64,000 nt of DNA from Gemmatimonas sp. (GTDB lineage: Bacteria; Gemmatimonadota; Gemmatimonadetes; Gemmatimonadales; Gemmatimonadaceae). Below are positions 53,549 through 62,812 of this stretch, in pieces. The position numbers and the translations under genes are program-made. The stretch is taken from positions 608,001-672,000 of the forward strand of contig OZ257156.1 of the NCBI GenBank assembly GCA_965279375.1, written 5' to 3'. The notes under the pieces were generated by a model, which made no database searches, was not told the origin of the DNA, and was given only the letters and a program-made list of their open reading frames with translations. Numbering within the stretch: position 1 is the stretch's first letter; every line of letters begins with the position of its first letter.

Positions 53549-54183
53549 GTGGTCTCCGACATAGTCTCGTCATCACCGTCTCGCAGCACCGCCAGCGCTG
53601 CGCGCAATGTGCGCCGCGCGTCGTGCAGATGCCACCGCACCGTCTGCACGGCGACATTCAGTTCGATCGCGATCTCCGCAGCATTCCATCCTTCCACCTC
53701 GTGCAGCATGATCACCTGTCGCTGTCGTTCCGAAAGCGACGCAACCGCCTGCCCAAAGCGCTCTTCCACATCGACACGGACCGCGTGATCCGCCGGTGTC
53801 GGTGCCGACGCAGCGGCCGTCTCGCTCAGCAGCTCGTGTCGCCGCACCCGTCGTGCCTGCTGATGATTCAGTCCGAGATTGACCAGCAGGCGAAAGAACC
53901 ATGGGGCAAACGGTCGCGATTGGTCGTGTTGCTCCAGTCGATCGAGCGCGCGCAGACACGCGTCCTGCACGAGATCTTCAGCATCTTCCTCGTGTTCAAG
54001 CAGGCGACGCGCGAGTTGCAGTGCTCGGGCAAGGAGCGGCGTGATGAGGGCGTCGAAGGCCGACGCGTCTCCCGCCTGTGCACGTGCCACCAGCGCCGCA
54101 TCCTGCGCGACCGACGACGGCGCGTGTGATTCATCGTCGGGCGATCCCACGCGATCAGCGACGATCCAGCTCTCGTCCGCCAT
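53545..54183 (-). CDS. ECF sigma-70 factor
   Basis: AQAGDASAF, DAEDLVQDA, FAPWFFRLLVN (sigma2); LSERQRQVIML, EIAIELNVAVQTVRWHLHDAR (sigma4). Confidence 0.9.
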   Translation of the reverse strand: MADESWIVADRVGSPDDESHAPSSVAQDAALVARAQAGDASAFDALITPLLARALQLARRLLEHEEDAEDLVQDACLRALDRLEQHDQSRPFAPWFFRLLVNLGLNHQQARRVRRHELLSETAAASAPTPADHAVRVDVEERFGQAVASLSERQRQVIMLHEVEGWNAAEIAIELNVAVQTVRWHLHDARRTLRAALAVLRDGDDETMSETT

Positions 54184-54886
54184 CCGGGGACGCTAGCTTC
54201 GGCACCGCCTTCCGCAAGGACGCGGTTTGTGCGTCGAGCACTTTCGTTGCACGATCGCGTTGCTCATCGGTCACGAGCGCCAAACACGACGCCACATCTG
54301 CGGGACGCCGCTCAACGAGCGCGTCGCCGATCTCGGCCATCACCTTCATCGCCTGCATCGTCACCGCCATCTTCTTGTCATCGGGCGCGGCACCGCCACC
54401 CGCCGGCGGTCCTCCCATGCCACCCCCCGGCGGTCCCCCCATACCGCCTCCCGGTGGGCCCCCCATGCCACCACCCGGTGGGCCCGACATCCCCTCGGGC
54501 GGACGCGGCGGCTTGAAATCCCGGCGCACGGAATCGTACCTCGCGATCAAGTCCGCATTGCGCTCGAAGAGCCGCGCCCGCAGCGCGGAGAGTGAATCCA
54601 GCTGCGCGTCGGTCAGCTTCAACGACTTCTTGTCCCGCAACAGGGCCTCTGCCGCGTTGAACGCTTCGAGCTCTTTCGCCGTCGCGAACTTCGGCATCGC
54701 GCCGCCGCGCGGCATCGGCGCCATTCCGCGACCACCCATGCCTCCCGGCGGACCACCCATTCCGCCGCCCATCCCGCCCTGCGCTCGCACTGTTGTCGCG
54801 GTCGAATGCAGCAGCATGACGTTCGCGAGGCACAGCAGCGCGAACACCGCGCGGGGCATCGGTTGCTTTGTGATCAGTCGGTCCAT
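54155..54886 (-). CDS. Exported Spy/CpxP-like protein with GGPPGG repeats
   Basis: Signal peptide ...VRAQ, LKLTDAQ and VTDEQ motifs; start uncertain (54886 or 54859). Confidence 0.65.
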   Translation of the reverse strand: MDRLITKQPMPRAVFALLCLANVMLLHSTATTVRAQGGMGGGMGGPPGGMGGRGMAPMPRGGAMPKFATAKELEAFNAAEALLRDKKSLKLTDAQLDSLSALRARLFERNADLIARYDSVRRDFKPPRPPEGMSGPPGGGMGGPPGGGMGGPPGGGMGGPPAGGGAAPDDKKMAVTMQAMKVMAEIGDALVERRPADVASCLALVTDEQRDRATKVLDAQTASLRKAVPKLASPDGGRELDRR

Positions 54887-54961
54887 GACGCGGTTCCTCG
54901 CGTGTACAGGTTCAACGAAAGACGCCAGGCCCAAACCGGGCGTTCATCCTCAACTGATCAA

Positions 54962-54990
54962 GTACCGTCGCGTGGCGCCGAACGTTTGGT
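54962..54990 (-). promoter_or_regulatory. Putative ECF promoter, site 2 (ACCAAACGTT-N14-GGTAC)
   Basis: Upstream of the operon containing the ECF sigma itself. Confidence 0.7.
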
Positions 54991-55052
54991 GGGCCGCTGG
55001 CGTGCATCGCGCGCCGTCCACTTGTGCGCAAGCCATCGGCGCGGCGCCACGA

Positions 55053-55706
55053 TCACCGTTCGTCTGCTGCGGCAAAACCGTCCGAGAGGATGCGGCTGAG
55101 TTGTCCTATCAGTCGCAGCTGAAGGGCGGTCGCTTCCGCGTGGATGCCGTGCGCCTCCGGTGGTGCCAGGTGCATCGCGGCCACGCACGCGCCGAGCATG
55201 CAGTGCGCACGCAGCAGCGCGAGCTCGTCGCGGTCGTCTACCGACGTCTTCTCTGCGGGGTCTACAGGCTGACCCTCGGTCAGCGCCGCGAGACTCCGCC
55301 CAAGCGGTCGAGAGCGCATGACCAGTGCGTCCCGAATGACAACGCGAAGCGCACCCGTCGGGCGGAGCAATTCGTTGCTCAACAATTGGAGGTGCACGCT
55401 CTCTGGCTCTCCTCGAAGCGCCGCGCCGACCAGGCTACTCACCAGAGCGTGGAGCGATGCCTGCCTGCTCGTTCGAGGAGACGGGAGGGCGTCGAGCGGA
55501 CGCAGCGACTGCTCGAGGGCCGCGTCGATGGCGGCCGCGTAGAGGGCTGCCTTGCTGCCGAAGTGGTAGTTGATGGCCGCCTGATTGGCCTTCGCGCGGT
55601 CGGTGATCTCACGTACGGTCGCGGACTCGTAGCCGCGAGCGGCAAAGACATCCATCGCGGCGTCGAGCAGGCGCAGACGTGTTTCGACGGATCGAGGATG
55701 CGTCAT
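55053..55706 (-). CDS. TetR/AcrR-family transcriptional regulator
   Basis: TRLRLLDAAMDVFAARGYESATVREIT...AINYHFGSKAALY. Confidence 0.9.
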   Translation of the reverse strand: MTHPRSVETRLRLLDAAMDVFAARGYESATVREITDRAKANQAAINYHFGSKAALYAAAIDAALEQSLRPLDALPSPRTSRQASLHALVSSLVGAALRGEPESVHLQLLSNELLRPTGALRVVIRDALVMRSRPLGRSLAALTEGQPVDPAEKTSVDDRDELALLRAHCMLGACVAAMHLAPPEAHGIHAEATALQLRLIGQLSRILSDGFAAADER

Positions 55707-55714
55707 TCATCCCT

Positions 55715-55743
55715 GTACCCGCGGCATCAAACAAACGTTTGAA
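55715..55743 (-). promoter_or_regulatory. Putative ECF promoter, site 3 (TTCAAACGTT-N14-GGTAC), overlapping palindrome TCAAAC-N4-GTTTGA
   Basis: GGTAC ends 8 nt before the tetR ATG; palindrome at 55727-55742. Confidence 0.65.
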
Positions 55744-55844
55744 ACGGACTCGGTACGCCAGCTGCATCAAGTCGACGCCTGGTCGGCGACCGCCGACCCG
55801 GACGCGTGCGTCCGTCACGTTCACCGCAGCCGCGGGAGTTCCCC

Positions 55845-56324
55845 ATGCAGATCGGAAGCATCGGCAGTTTCGCACCATCGCAGGCCATGCGCGACAAGAT
55901 GTTTGCCAGGATCGACAACAATAGTGACGGCAAGCTGAGTCTCGACGAGTTCAAGGCGGGATCGCCCAAGGGTGACGCCGCCAAGGGACCGGGCGCGCCG
56001 ACGGCGGCCCAGACGGAGAAGATGTTCAAGACGTTCGACTCCGACGGCGATGGCTCGCTGACGCAGCAGGAAATGGATGCTGGCATGGATGCGATCGGCC
56101 AGAAGCTCAAGGCTGCCATGGCCCAGCATGCGACGGGCGACAGCACATCGTTGGTCGACATGCCATTCGGCGAGAAGGATGCGACGTCCGGCGACAGCCG
56201 CGCGACGGACGACTCCTCCACTGACGCGACAAGCAAGACGCAGCAGCAGCGCCAGGTGCAGTGGATACTGGATGCGTTCGTAAGTCAGCAGAAGGTTGCG
56301 GCAGCATCCGCGTACAACAGCTGA
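55845..56324 (+). CDS. EF-hand domain protein
   Basis: DNNSDGKLSLDE and DSDGDGSLTQQE loops. Confidence 0.8.
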   Translation: MQIGSIGSFAPSQAMRDKMFARIDNNSDGKLSLDEFKAGSPKGDAAKGPGAPTAAQTEKMFKTFDSDGDGSLTQQEMDAGMDAIGQKLKAAMAQHATGDSTSLVDMPFGEKDATSGDSRATDDSSTDATSKTQQQRQVQWILDAFVSQQKVAAASAYNS

Positions 56325-56333
56325 TCACGGCGG

Positions 56334-56362
56334 ACCAAACGTTTCGCCGACGTCAGTGGTAC
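56334..56362 (+). promoter_or_regulatory. Putative ECF promoter, site 4 (ACCAAACGTT-N14-GGTAC)
   Basis: Upstream of and co-oriented with TBDR 56554..59037. Confidence 0.7.
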
Positions 56363-56553
56363 ATGTCGTCGGCGAGGCGTGCGTGATGACGTGTCGCTCG
56401 CTCGTCGTTGCACAAGATTTCGCACTCGCGCGACGCAGTGCATGCACACGCGAGAGCGCGTAGGGTTCGTCTGCGATGTCGTGTTCATCTGTCCGTCCAC
56501 GTGCAGCGGTGCGTTGCGTTCGCCACGCCGCCCTGTACCAAGCCGGGTCTCGT

Positions 56554-59037
56554 ATGAACAATCCACATCGCGTCGTGATCCTCTGGCGTGCCACACTGCT
56601 CGCGACGATGTTCGCAGCAAGCGTTGCCGGAGCGCAGACACAAACTCCACCGCGTACCATCACGCTCACCGGAGTCGTGCGCGACTCGATTACAGGCGAA
56701 GTGTTGCCGAACGCGCGCGTCGGTATCAATGCGCTCACGCGTGCGGTGCAGACCAATGCCGACGGTCGCTTCGCCCTGCTCGGTGTGCCCGCCACGGTGC
56801 AGACACTGCGAGTGCAATACATCGGATATGGGTCGCGCACCTTGGTCATTCGCGCCGACACCATCAAGGCGCCGATCACCGTGACGCTCGCGCGCGCGGT
56901 CGTGCAACTCGCAGCGACTGACGTCAAGGCGCAGACAGATCAGTCACCCACCGTCGCCGCGATCGGACGTGACGCTGGACAGCTCGCCATTTCCACAGCG
57001 CAGGTGGAGGCAATGCCAAGCGTTGGCGAAGCCGACGTGTTTCGAACGTTGCAGATGTTGCCGAGTGTGGCCGGCGCGGGAAACGGGACGGCGAGTCTGT
57101 CGGTACGAGGTGGCACGGCGGATCAGAATCTCGTGCTGCTCGACGGCATGACCGTATACCATGTCGATCACTTCTTCGGCCTCTTCAGCGCCTTCAACAC
57201 GGATGCACTTAAAGACATTCAGTTGTACGCGGGTGGATTTCCCGCACGATACGGCGGGCGCGTCTCCTCGGTCATCGACCTCACCGGCAAGGCCGGCGAC
57301 GAGAAGGAATTCCACGCAAGCGGCGGTGCGAGTCTCCTGAGCGCGCGCGGGGTCGTTGAGATTCCGTTGGGTCGCGGCGCCTTGCTCATTTCCGGCCGAC
57401 GATCATACACGGATGTCATCAAGAGCTCGCTGTACGGCAAACTGTTCGATTTCGCCAAGAGCCAAAGTGGCTCGACGCAGCAGGCCGGACCTGGCGGCGG
57501 CAATCCCTTTCAGCGACAAAGCGTCGATCCTTCATTCTACTTCTACGACTTCAACGCCAAACTGACGTATCGTCCGTCATCCCGCGATGTCACGACGCTC
57601 AGTGCATACAGCGGACTCGATAATCTCGACCAGTCGCAATCGCTTGGCGGCTTTCCCGGCCAGTCGACGACCGCGGCCCGCACGACACTCAGCGACATCA
57701 CGGAGTGGGGGAACAAGGGTGTCAGTGCGCGCTGGTTCCGGCAGTGGGCCAGTCGCCTCAGTACCGACGCGTTGCTGTCGTCGTCGCACTACACCAGCAA
57801 CGGCGACCGCTCCTCGAGCGGAGGCGGGCCGACCACTGGCGGCGCTCGTTCGACGTTTGGCTTCGTCGAAAAGAACAGCGTCAACGATCTGACGGCGCGA
57901 ATCGAAAACTCGCTGGCCGTTGCGCCATGGTCCCGCGTCGACTTCGGTGTGTGGTCCACGCGCAACGCGGTCACCTACGACTTTCTGGTCGGCGCCAACG
58001 ATTCCACGCAGCGTGGACGCAATACCAGTCGCAACGGCACCGCAAATCTTACCGCCGGCTATCTGCAGCACACCTGGACGCCCATTGCGGCGGTCGACAT
58101 CACCACCGGCGCGCGGGCCAACCGCTACAGCGCGACGAGCGACACATACATCGAGCCTCGCGCCGCCGTCGGTTTACAACTCACGCAGTCGTTGAGACTC
58201 AAGAGTGCGTGGGGGAAGTACCATCAGTTCGTGAATCGAGTGGAGAACGAAGACGTGCTCTCCGGCAGCCGGGATTTCTGGCTGCTCGCCGATACCGCGC
58301 TGCGTCCGCAGGCGGCGACGCATACGATCGTCGGTGTGCAGTATGATCGCCCTTCGTGGGCATTCAACGTGGAGGCGTACGACAAGCGACTGGAAAACGC
58401 GACCCTGTTTTCGCGGCGGTACCGTCAGGCGCTCGGCGTGAACACTGGCTCGTTCTTCTTCACGGGAACCGGTCGATCGCGCGGCATCGAACTGCTGTAC
58501 GAAAAGAAGAGAGGCGCGGTGACGGGGTGGGCCAGCTACACGCTCGCCAAGGCAACCAATCGTTTCGCGAATGTCGACCAGGGGCGCGAGTTCGCGTCGT
58601 CACAGGATCAGCGCCACGAACTGAAGGGCTTTGGCACGGTGCAACTGGGCGGCATCGACTTCTCCAGCACCGCCATCTTCGGTTCCGGTCGCCCGTACAC
58701 CGCCCCTGTTGGTCAGTACCAGATCAAACTGCTCGACGGATCGACGCAGACGTACATCAACGTCGGCGACAAGAACGGGGAGCGACTCGCCGCGTATCAA
58801 CGCGTCGACCTCTCGGCGTCAAAGCTGATCAAGACGGAGGGTACGTTCGACTGGCGAGTCGGTGTGTCGCTCTACAACGTCGCCAACCGCAAGAACATTT
58901 CGTATCGCAGGTTTGATCTGAGTTCGTCGCCGATGTCGATCAGCGATGTCACGCAGCTGGGCTTCACGCCGAGCATTGATGTCAAACTCACGCTGCGCAG
59001 TCTCAAGGATCGCAGCCCGTACCTGGAGCAGAAATGA
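56554..59037 (+). CDS. TonB-dependent receptor with carboxypeptidase-like N-domain
   Basis: GVVRDSITGEVL, VRGGTADQNLVLLDG, GGFPARYGGRVSSVID, EPR, YNVANRKN. Confidence 0.9.
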   Translation: MNNPHRVVILWRATLLATMFAASVAGAQTQTPPRTITLTGVVRDSITGEVLPNARVGINALTRAVQTNADGRFALLGVPATVQTLRVQYIGYGSRTLVIRADTIKAPITVTLARAVVQLAATDVKAQTDQSPTVAAIGRDAGQLAISTAQVEAMPSVGEADVFRTLQMLPSVAGAGNGTASLSVRGGTADQNLVLLDGMTVYHVDHFFGLFSAFNTDALKDIQLYAGGFPARYGGRVSSVIDLTGKAGDEKEFHASGGASLLSARGVVEIPLGRGALLISGRRSYTDVIKSSLYGKLFDFAKSQSGSTQQAGPGGGNPFQRQSVDPSFYFYDFNAKLTYRPSSRDVTTLSAYSGLDNLDQSQSLGGFPGQSTTAARTTLSDITEWGNKGVSARWFRQWASRLSTDALLSSSHYTSNGDRSSSGGGPTTGGARSTFGFVEKNSVNDLTARIENSLAVAPWSRVDFGVWSTRNAVTYDFLVGANDSTQRGRNTSRNGTANLTAGYLQHTWTPIAAVDITTGARANRYSATSDTYIEPRAAVGLQLTQSLRLKSAWGKYHQFVNRVENEDVLSGSRDFWLLADTALRPQAATHTIVGVQYDRPSWAFNVEAYDKRLENATLFSRRYRQALGVNTGSFFFTGTGRSRGIELLYEKKRGAVTGWASYTLAKATNRFANVDQGREFASSQDQRHELKGFGTVQLGGIDFSSTAIFGSGRPYTAPVGQYQIKLLDGSTQTYINVGDKNGERLAAYQRVDLSASKLIKTEGTFDWRVGVSLYNVANRKNISYRRFDLSSSPMSISDVTQLGFTPSIDVKLTLRSLKDRSPYLEQK

Positions 59038-59885
59038 TCCTCTCGCGTCCGATCCCACGTGTCGCCGCGATGATCGGCGGCATCACTCTCGCCGTGGCTG
59101 CGGCGTGCGGCGATGTGACCTCCACTGCGCCAAGTGTTCGTCAGCCCGTGGTGCGCGCCTACTTGTACGCGGGCCAGCCGGTCAACGATATCCGGCTGAC
59201 GTGGACCGCACCGATCGGCACCGCCGACTCTGTCGCAGACAGCATCGCGCCGCCGATCAACAGCGCGCAAGTCGTGCTGGAGCGCGGCGGCTCGCGTTTT
59301 GTCCTCTCGCCTGCTCCCGGAGACAGCGGCTACTATCGCTACACCGGAACGGACTTGGTCGTCCGCGAAGGCGATGTGTTCGACCTGATCGCGACGATTG
59401 ACGGACAAACGCTGACAGCCCGCACCTCCGTGCCGGTACGTCCATCGGGCGCGCGCGTGTCGTCCGCCGTGCTCAAGGTGCCCACCTTCTCGTTTGGATC
59501 CGGACCGCCCGACTTCAGCGCCTCGACGGTCCAGGTGCGATGGCAAGCGGTGAATGGTGGGCTCTACTTCGTCACGCTGGAAAACACGGAGAAATCGCCA
59601 ACGACTATCGACCTCGGCTTTCCGGGAGGCGTGACGAATCGCGTGCGACGCATCGTGTTTCCACCAACCTCGGCGGACAGCGTGCCGGTGAACATCTTCT
59701 CGCTCTCGTATTTGGGAAAGCACACGGTGCGCGTCTGGCGCGTGAACGACGAGTACGCGCAGCTCTATGCGACGCTCCAGCAGGATTCCCACGACCTCAA
59801 CGAGCCGGCCACGAATATTCACGGGGGCCTCGGCGTGTTCAGCGCCTTCGCGGCCGACTCCACCACCATCACCGTGGTCAAATAG
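59034..59885 (+). CDS. DUF4249-like lipoprotein
   Basis: Lipobox VAAAC; C-terminal TNIHGGLGVFSA; ATGA overlap with TBDR. Confidence 0.75.
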   Translation: MILSRPIPRVAAMIGGITLAVAAACGDVTSTAPSVRQPVVRAYLYAGQPVNDIRLTWTAPIGTADSVADSIAPPINSAQVVLERGGSRFVLSPAPGDSGYYRYTGTDLVVREGDVFDLIATIDGQTLTARTSVPVRPSGARVSSAVLKVPTFSFGSGPPDFSASTVQVRWQAVNGGLYFVTLENTEKSPTTIDLGFPGGVTNRVRRIVFPPTSADSVPVNIFSLSYLGKHTVRVWRVNDEYAQLYATLQQDSHDLNEPATNIHGGLGVFSAFAADSTTITVVK

Positions 59886-59998
59886 GCGAGACCCTCACCA
59901 GGAACGGGACTCGAGCTCACCCGGGTTCCGCCCCCTTTCCACGTCCCCGTACCATTCCGGAGGGAACGGACCGGCCCCCAATCCCCTATGTTTCGCAC

Positions 59999-60730
59999 GT
60001 GATTCAGATAACCGACGTCTCCGCCCAGCTCTCCGGCAACCCCGCCGCCGCCCTCCCGCTCCTCTTTGGCGCGGGGGTGCTGACGTCGTTGACGCCCTGC
60101 GTCTACCCGATGATCCCGATCACCGCGGCCATCGTCGGCGGGCAATCGGCCGCCGAACAGGCAGGGACGGCGATCGTCTCGCGGTGGCGCCCGCTGCTGC
60201 TGTCGCTCACGTACGTGCTGGGTCTCGCCTCGGTCTACGCCGGCTTAGGCCTGCTGGCCGGCCTCACCGGGACCATGTTCGGCACGGTCAGCGCCAATCC
60301 GTGGGCGTTCTTCGCGATGGCCAACCTGCTGCTGCTGGCCGCGCTCTCCATGCTCGACGTCATCCCGGTCCGCGTTCCGGCGGCCATCCTGCAACGGGCC
60401 TCCAACGCGGGAACCGGCGGACGGGTCGCGGGTGCTTTCATCATGGGTGCAGCCTCAGGTCTCGTGGCCGCCCCCTGCTCTGCACCGGTCATGGCCGCCG
60501 TCCTCACCTGGGTCAGCACCACGGGCAGTGCGCTCCTCGGCTTCGCGTACCTGTTCACCTTCTCGCTCGGCATGTGCACGCTACTGGTGATCGTCGGCCT
60601 CTCGGCTGGCGCCATCGCCCGTCTGCCACGCGCCGGCACCTGGATGCTGTGGGTCAAGCGCGGATTCGCCGCCATCATGCTCGGCATGGCCGAGTACTAT
60701 CTCGTCAAAATGGGTCAGGTCTACTTCTGA
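59999..60730 (+). CDS. CcdA/DsbD transmembrane disulfide-interchange protein
   Basis: GVLTSLTPCVYPMIP and AAPCSAPV Cys motifs, LPRAGTWM. Confidence 0.87.
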   Translation: MIQITDVSAQLSGNPAAALPLLFGAGVLTSLTPCVYPMIPITAAIVGGQSAAEQAGTAIVSRWRPLLLSLTYVLGLASVYAGLGLLAGLTGTMFGTVSANPWAFFAMANLLLLAALSMLDVIPVRVPAAILQRASNAGTGGRVAGAFIMGAASGLVAAPCSAPVMAAVLTWVSTTGSALLGFAYLFTFSLGMCTLLVIVGLSAGAIARLPRAGTWMLWVKRGFAAIMLGMAEYYLVKMGQVYF

Positions 60731-60744
60731 CCCCGGAGTCGTTC

Positions 60745-61296
60745 ATGCGTTTTGCCCTGCCCGTCATCCGCACCGCCAACGCTTCACTGCGTCTCTGGCT
60801 CGCCTTCTTCGCGCTCCTGACGGCCACCGTCGCCAAGCCGCTGACGGCCCACGGCACCGTGGCCGCGCAGGACACGGGTATCGCGATCGGCGAAAAGGCG
60901 CCGGGCGGTCCGCTCGAAACGCTGGACGGCAAGATCGTCGACTTCTCGAGCTATGTGGGCAAGGGCCCGCTGGTCATCGAGTTCTGGGCGACGTGGTGCG
61001 GCAACTGCAAGCAGCTCGAACCGTCGCTGCGCGCCGCAGTCACCAAGTACGCCGCGCAGGCCAAGTTCGTCACCATCGCGGTGTCGATCAATCAGTCGAT
61101 CGAGCGCGTGAAGGCGTGGCAGGCGATCAACAAGATGCCCGGCGAAATGCTCTACGATCGCAAGGGCATCGTGTCGGGTGCGTTCGATGCGCCGGCCACC
61201 AGCTACGTCGTGGTGCTCGACAAGACCGGCAAGGTGGTCTACACCGGCGTCGGCGGCACCCAGAACGTGGATGCCGCCATCAAGAAGGCGCTGTAA
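60745..61296 (+). CDS. TlpA-like periplasmic thioredoxin
   Basis: FWATWCGNC; signal peptide; VVLDKTGKV. Confidence 0.88.
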   Translation: MRFALPVIRTANASLRLWLAFFALLTATVAKPLTAHGTVAAQDTGIAIGEKAPGGPLETLDGKIVDFSSYVGKGPLVIEFWATWCGNCKQLEPSLRAAVTKYAAQAKFVTIAVSINQSIERVKAWQAINKMPGEMLYDRKGIVSGAFDAPATSYVVVLDKTGKVVYTGVGGTQNVDAAIKKAL

Positions 61297-61331
61297 CCGG
61301 ATGGTTGTAGCCGGAGCGCGGTAACGCGAGG

Positions 61332-62606
61332 TTAATCCGGCGTCTTCGCCGCGTTGCTCAGGACCACCGCGTCCTTCGCATCAAAGCCCACCTGCAGCTT
61401 GGCCGCCTCAGCGACGGCGGCCAACGCCTGCCCCGACGACTGCAGACCGATGCGCAGCGACACGGTGCGCGTCCCCAGCGACGGATCGGCCAGCGACGCG
61501 TTCACGTCGAACCAACGCTGCAGCTCCGGCAACACCGTGGACATCGGCGCGTTGACGAAGACCAGCGTATCGTGCACCCACTCGAGCGCCAGCTGACGCG
61601 TCGCGTCGTCGAGCATCTGCACGCTGCCGTCCTTGCCGAGCCGCATCGCCTTGCCCGCATCCACCGTCGTGGTACCACTCGCGACCGTAGCGCGCACCGA
61701 CACGCTCCCTTCATCCACGCCGATGTAGACCGCGCTGTCCTCCGGGAAGGCACGCACAGTGAACACCGTGCCCGTGGCGGTCACGACGGCGTTCCCCGCA
61801 CGCACCACGAATGCACGCGAAAGCCCCTGCTTGACCGTGAACATCGCCGTGCCGTTCAACTCCAACGTGCGCACGTTGCCGCCGAAATCGTTGGGCAACT
61901 TGAGGTGCGAATCGGAGCCCAGCTTGGCCAGTGAGCCGTCGCTCAACGTCACGCCGCCGCGCTGACCGCGCGCTGAATTGACGGTGCGCGCGTTGTCCGC
62001 TTTCAGTGCTTGCGTCGCGGCCACCTCTTCGCTGCTCGCGCCAAGCCAGCGCATGAGACCGAGCACCGCAATCGTGCCAATCACGACGATGACCGTCGGG
62101 GCTTTCCAACCTCGTCCGCGCGCGACCTGCTGCACATGTTCGGCGGCGGCATGCTTGCGTGCCGCTTGCGCCGCTTCCTGCGCCACGGCGTGGTCCACCG
62201 GCGCCGCGTGCAGCTCGGCCAGCAATCGGTCCACCGCTTCATCGGCGGAGGCTACGCTGAGATGCGATGCCTTTGATGCGTCCGCGGAGACTCGCGTCGT
62301 GTGGTCGCCGTGATGCAACGCCTGATGCTTGCGACGCTGGATTGCTGCTTCGGTGCGAATCGCGTCCTCGAGCGCAGCCGTCAGTCCGATGACGTTCTCG
62401 TAGCGGTCGCGGCGATCCCACGTGGTGAGCATCGCCTGCTGCGCAACGCGTCCGCTGAAGTGCGCGAGATCGGCGCCTAACGCGTCGGCAGCGAGCTCAG
62501 TGAGCGCGTCGTACTGCGTGCGGTATATGCGCGCGAGCGCGTGTTCATCTCCACTGGCGAACGCGCGAAACTGCGTGATGTCTGGTGGTTGCAGCAGGTC
62601 GGCCAT
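61332..62606 (-). CDS. FecR-domain protein with N-terminal sigma2-like region
   Basis: GGGAGG RBS; TM; VTLSDGS...L, RTLELNGTAMFTV, ATGTVFTV, VDEGSVSV, LVFVNAPM. Confidence 0.82.
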   Translation of the reverse strand: MADLLQPPDITQFRAFASGDEHALARIYRTQYDALTELAADALGADLAHFSGRVAQQAMLTTWDRRDRYENVIGLTAALEDAIRTEAAIQRRKHQALHHGDHTTRVSADASKASHLSVASADEAVDRLLAELHAAPVDHAVAQEAAQAARKHAAAEHVQQVARGRGWKAPTVIVVIGTIAVLGLMRWLGASSEEVAATQALKADNARTVNSARGQRGGVTLSDGSLAKLGSDSHLKLPNDFGGNVRTLELNGTAMFTVKQGLSRAFVVRAGNAVVTATGTVFTVRAFPEDSAVYIGVDEGSVSVRATVASGTTTVDAGKAMRLGKDGSVQMLDDATRQLALEWVHDTLVFVNAPMSTVLPELQRWFDVNASLADPSLGTRTVSLRIGLQSSGQALAAVAEAAKLQVGFDAKDAVVLSNAAKTPD

Positions 62607-62812
62607 CGGTCCTCCCATCGTGCGGACAGGGTGCATACCGGGCGGCGCGGGCGCGGTGGCCGTGCGCGTCGTCTGTGCGTGTCCTGTACGCTGTGATGGT
62701 ACGCCAATAGGCGCAAACGGGCTCCGCCGGTCGAGGATGTCAGGCAATCCCCGAAGTCACGATGACGAGATGCGCGATGACGCGAGCCCAGCAACACCGC
62801 GCGGTGCGTGAC

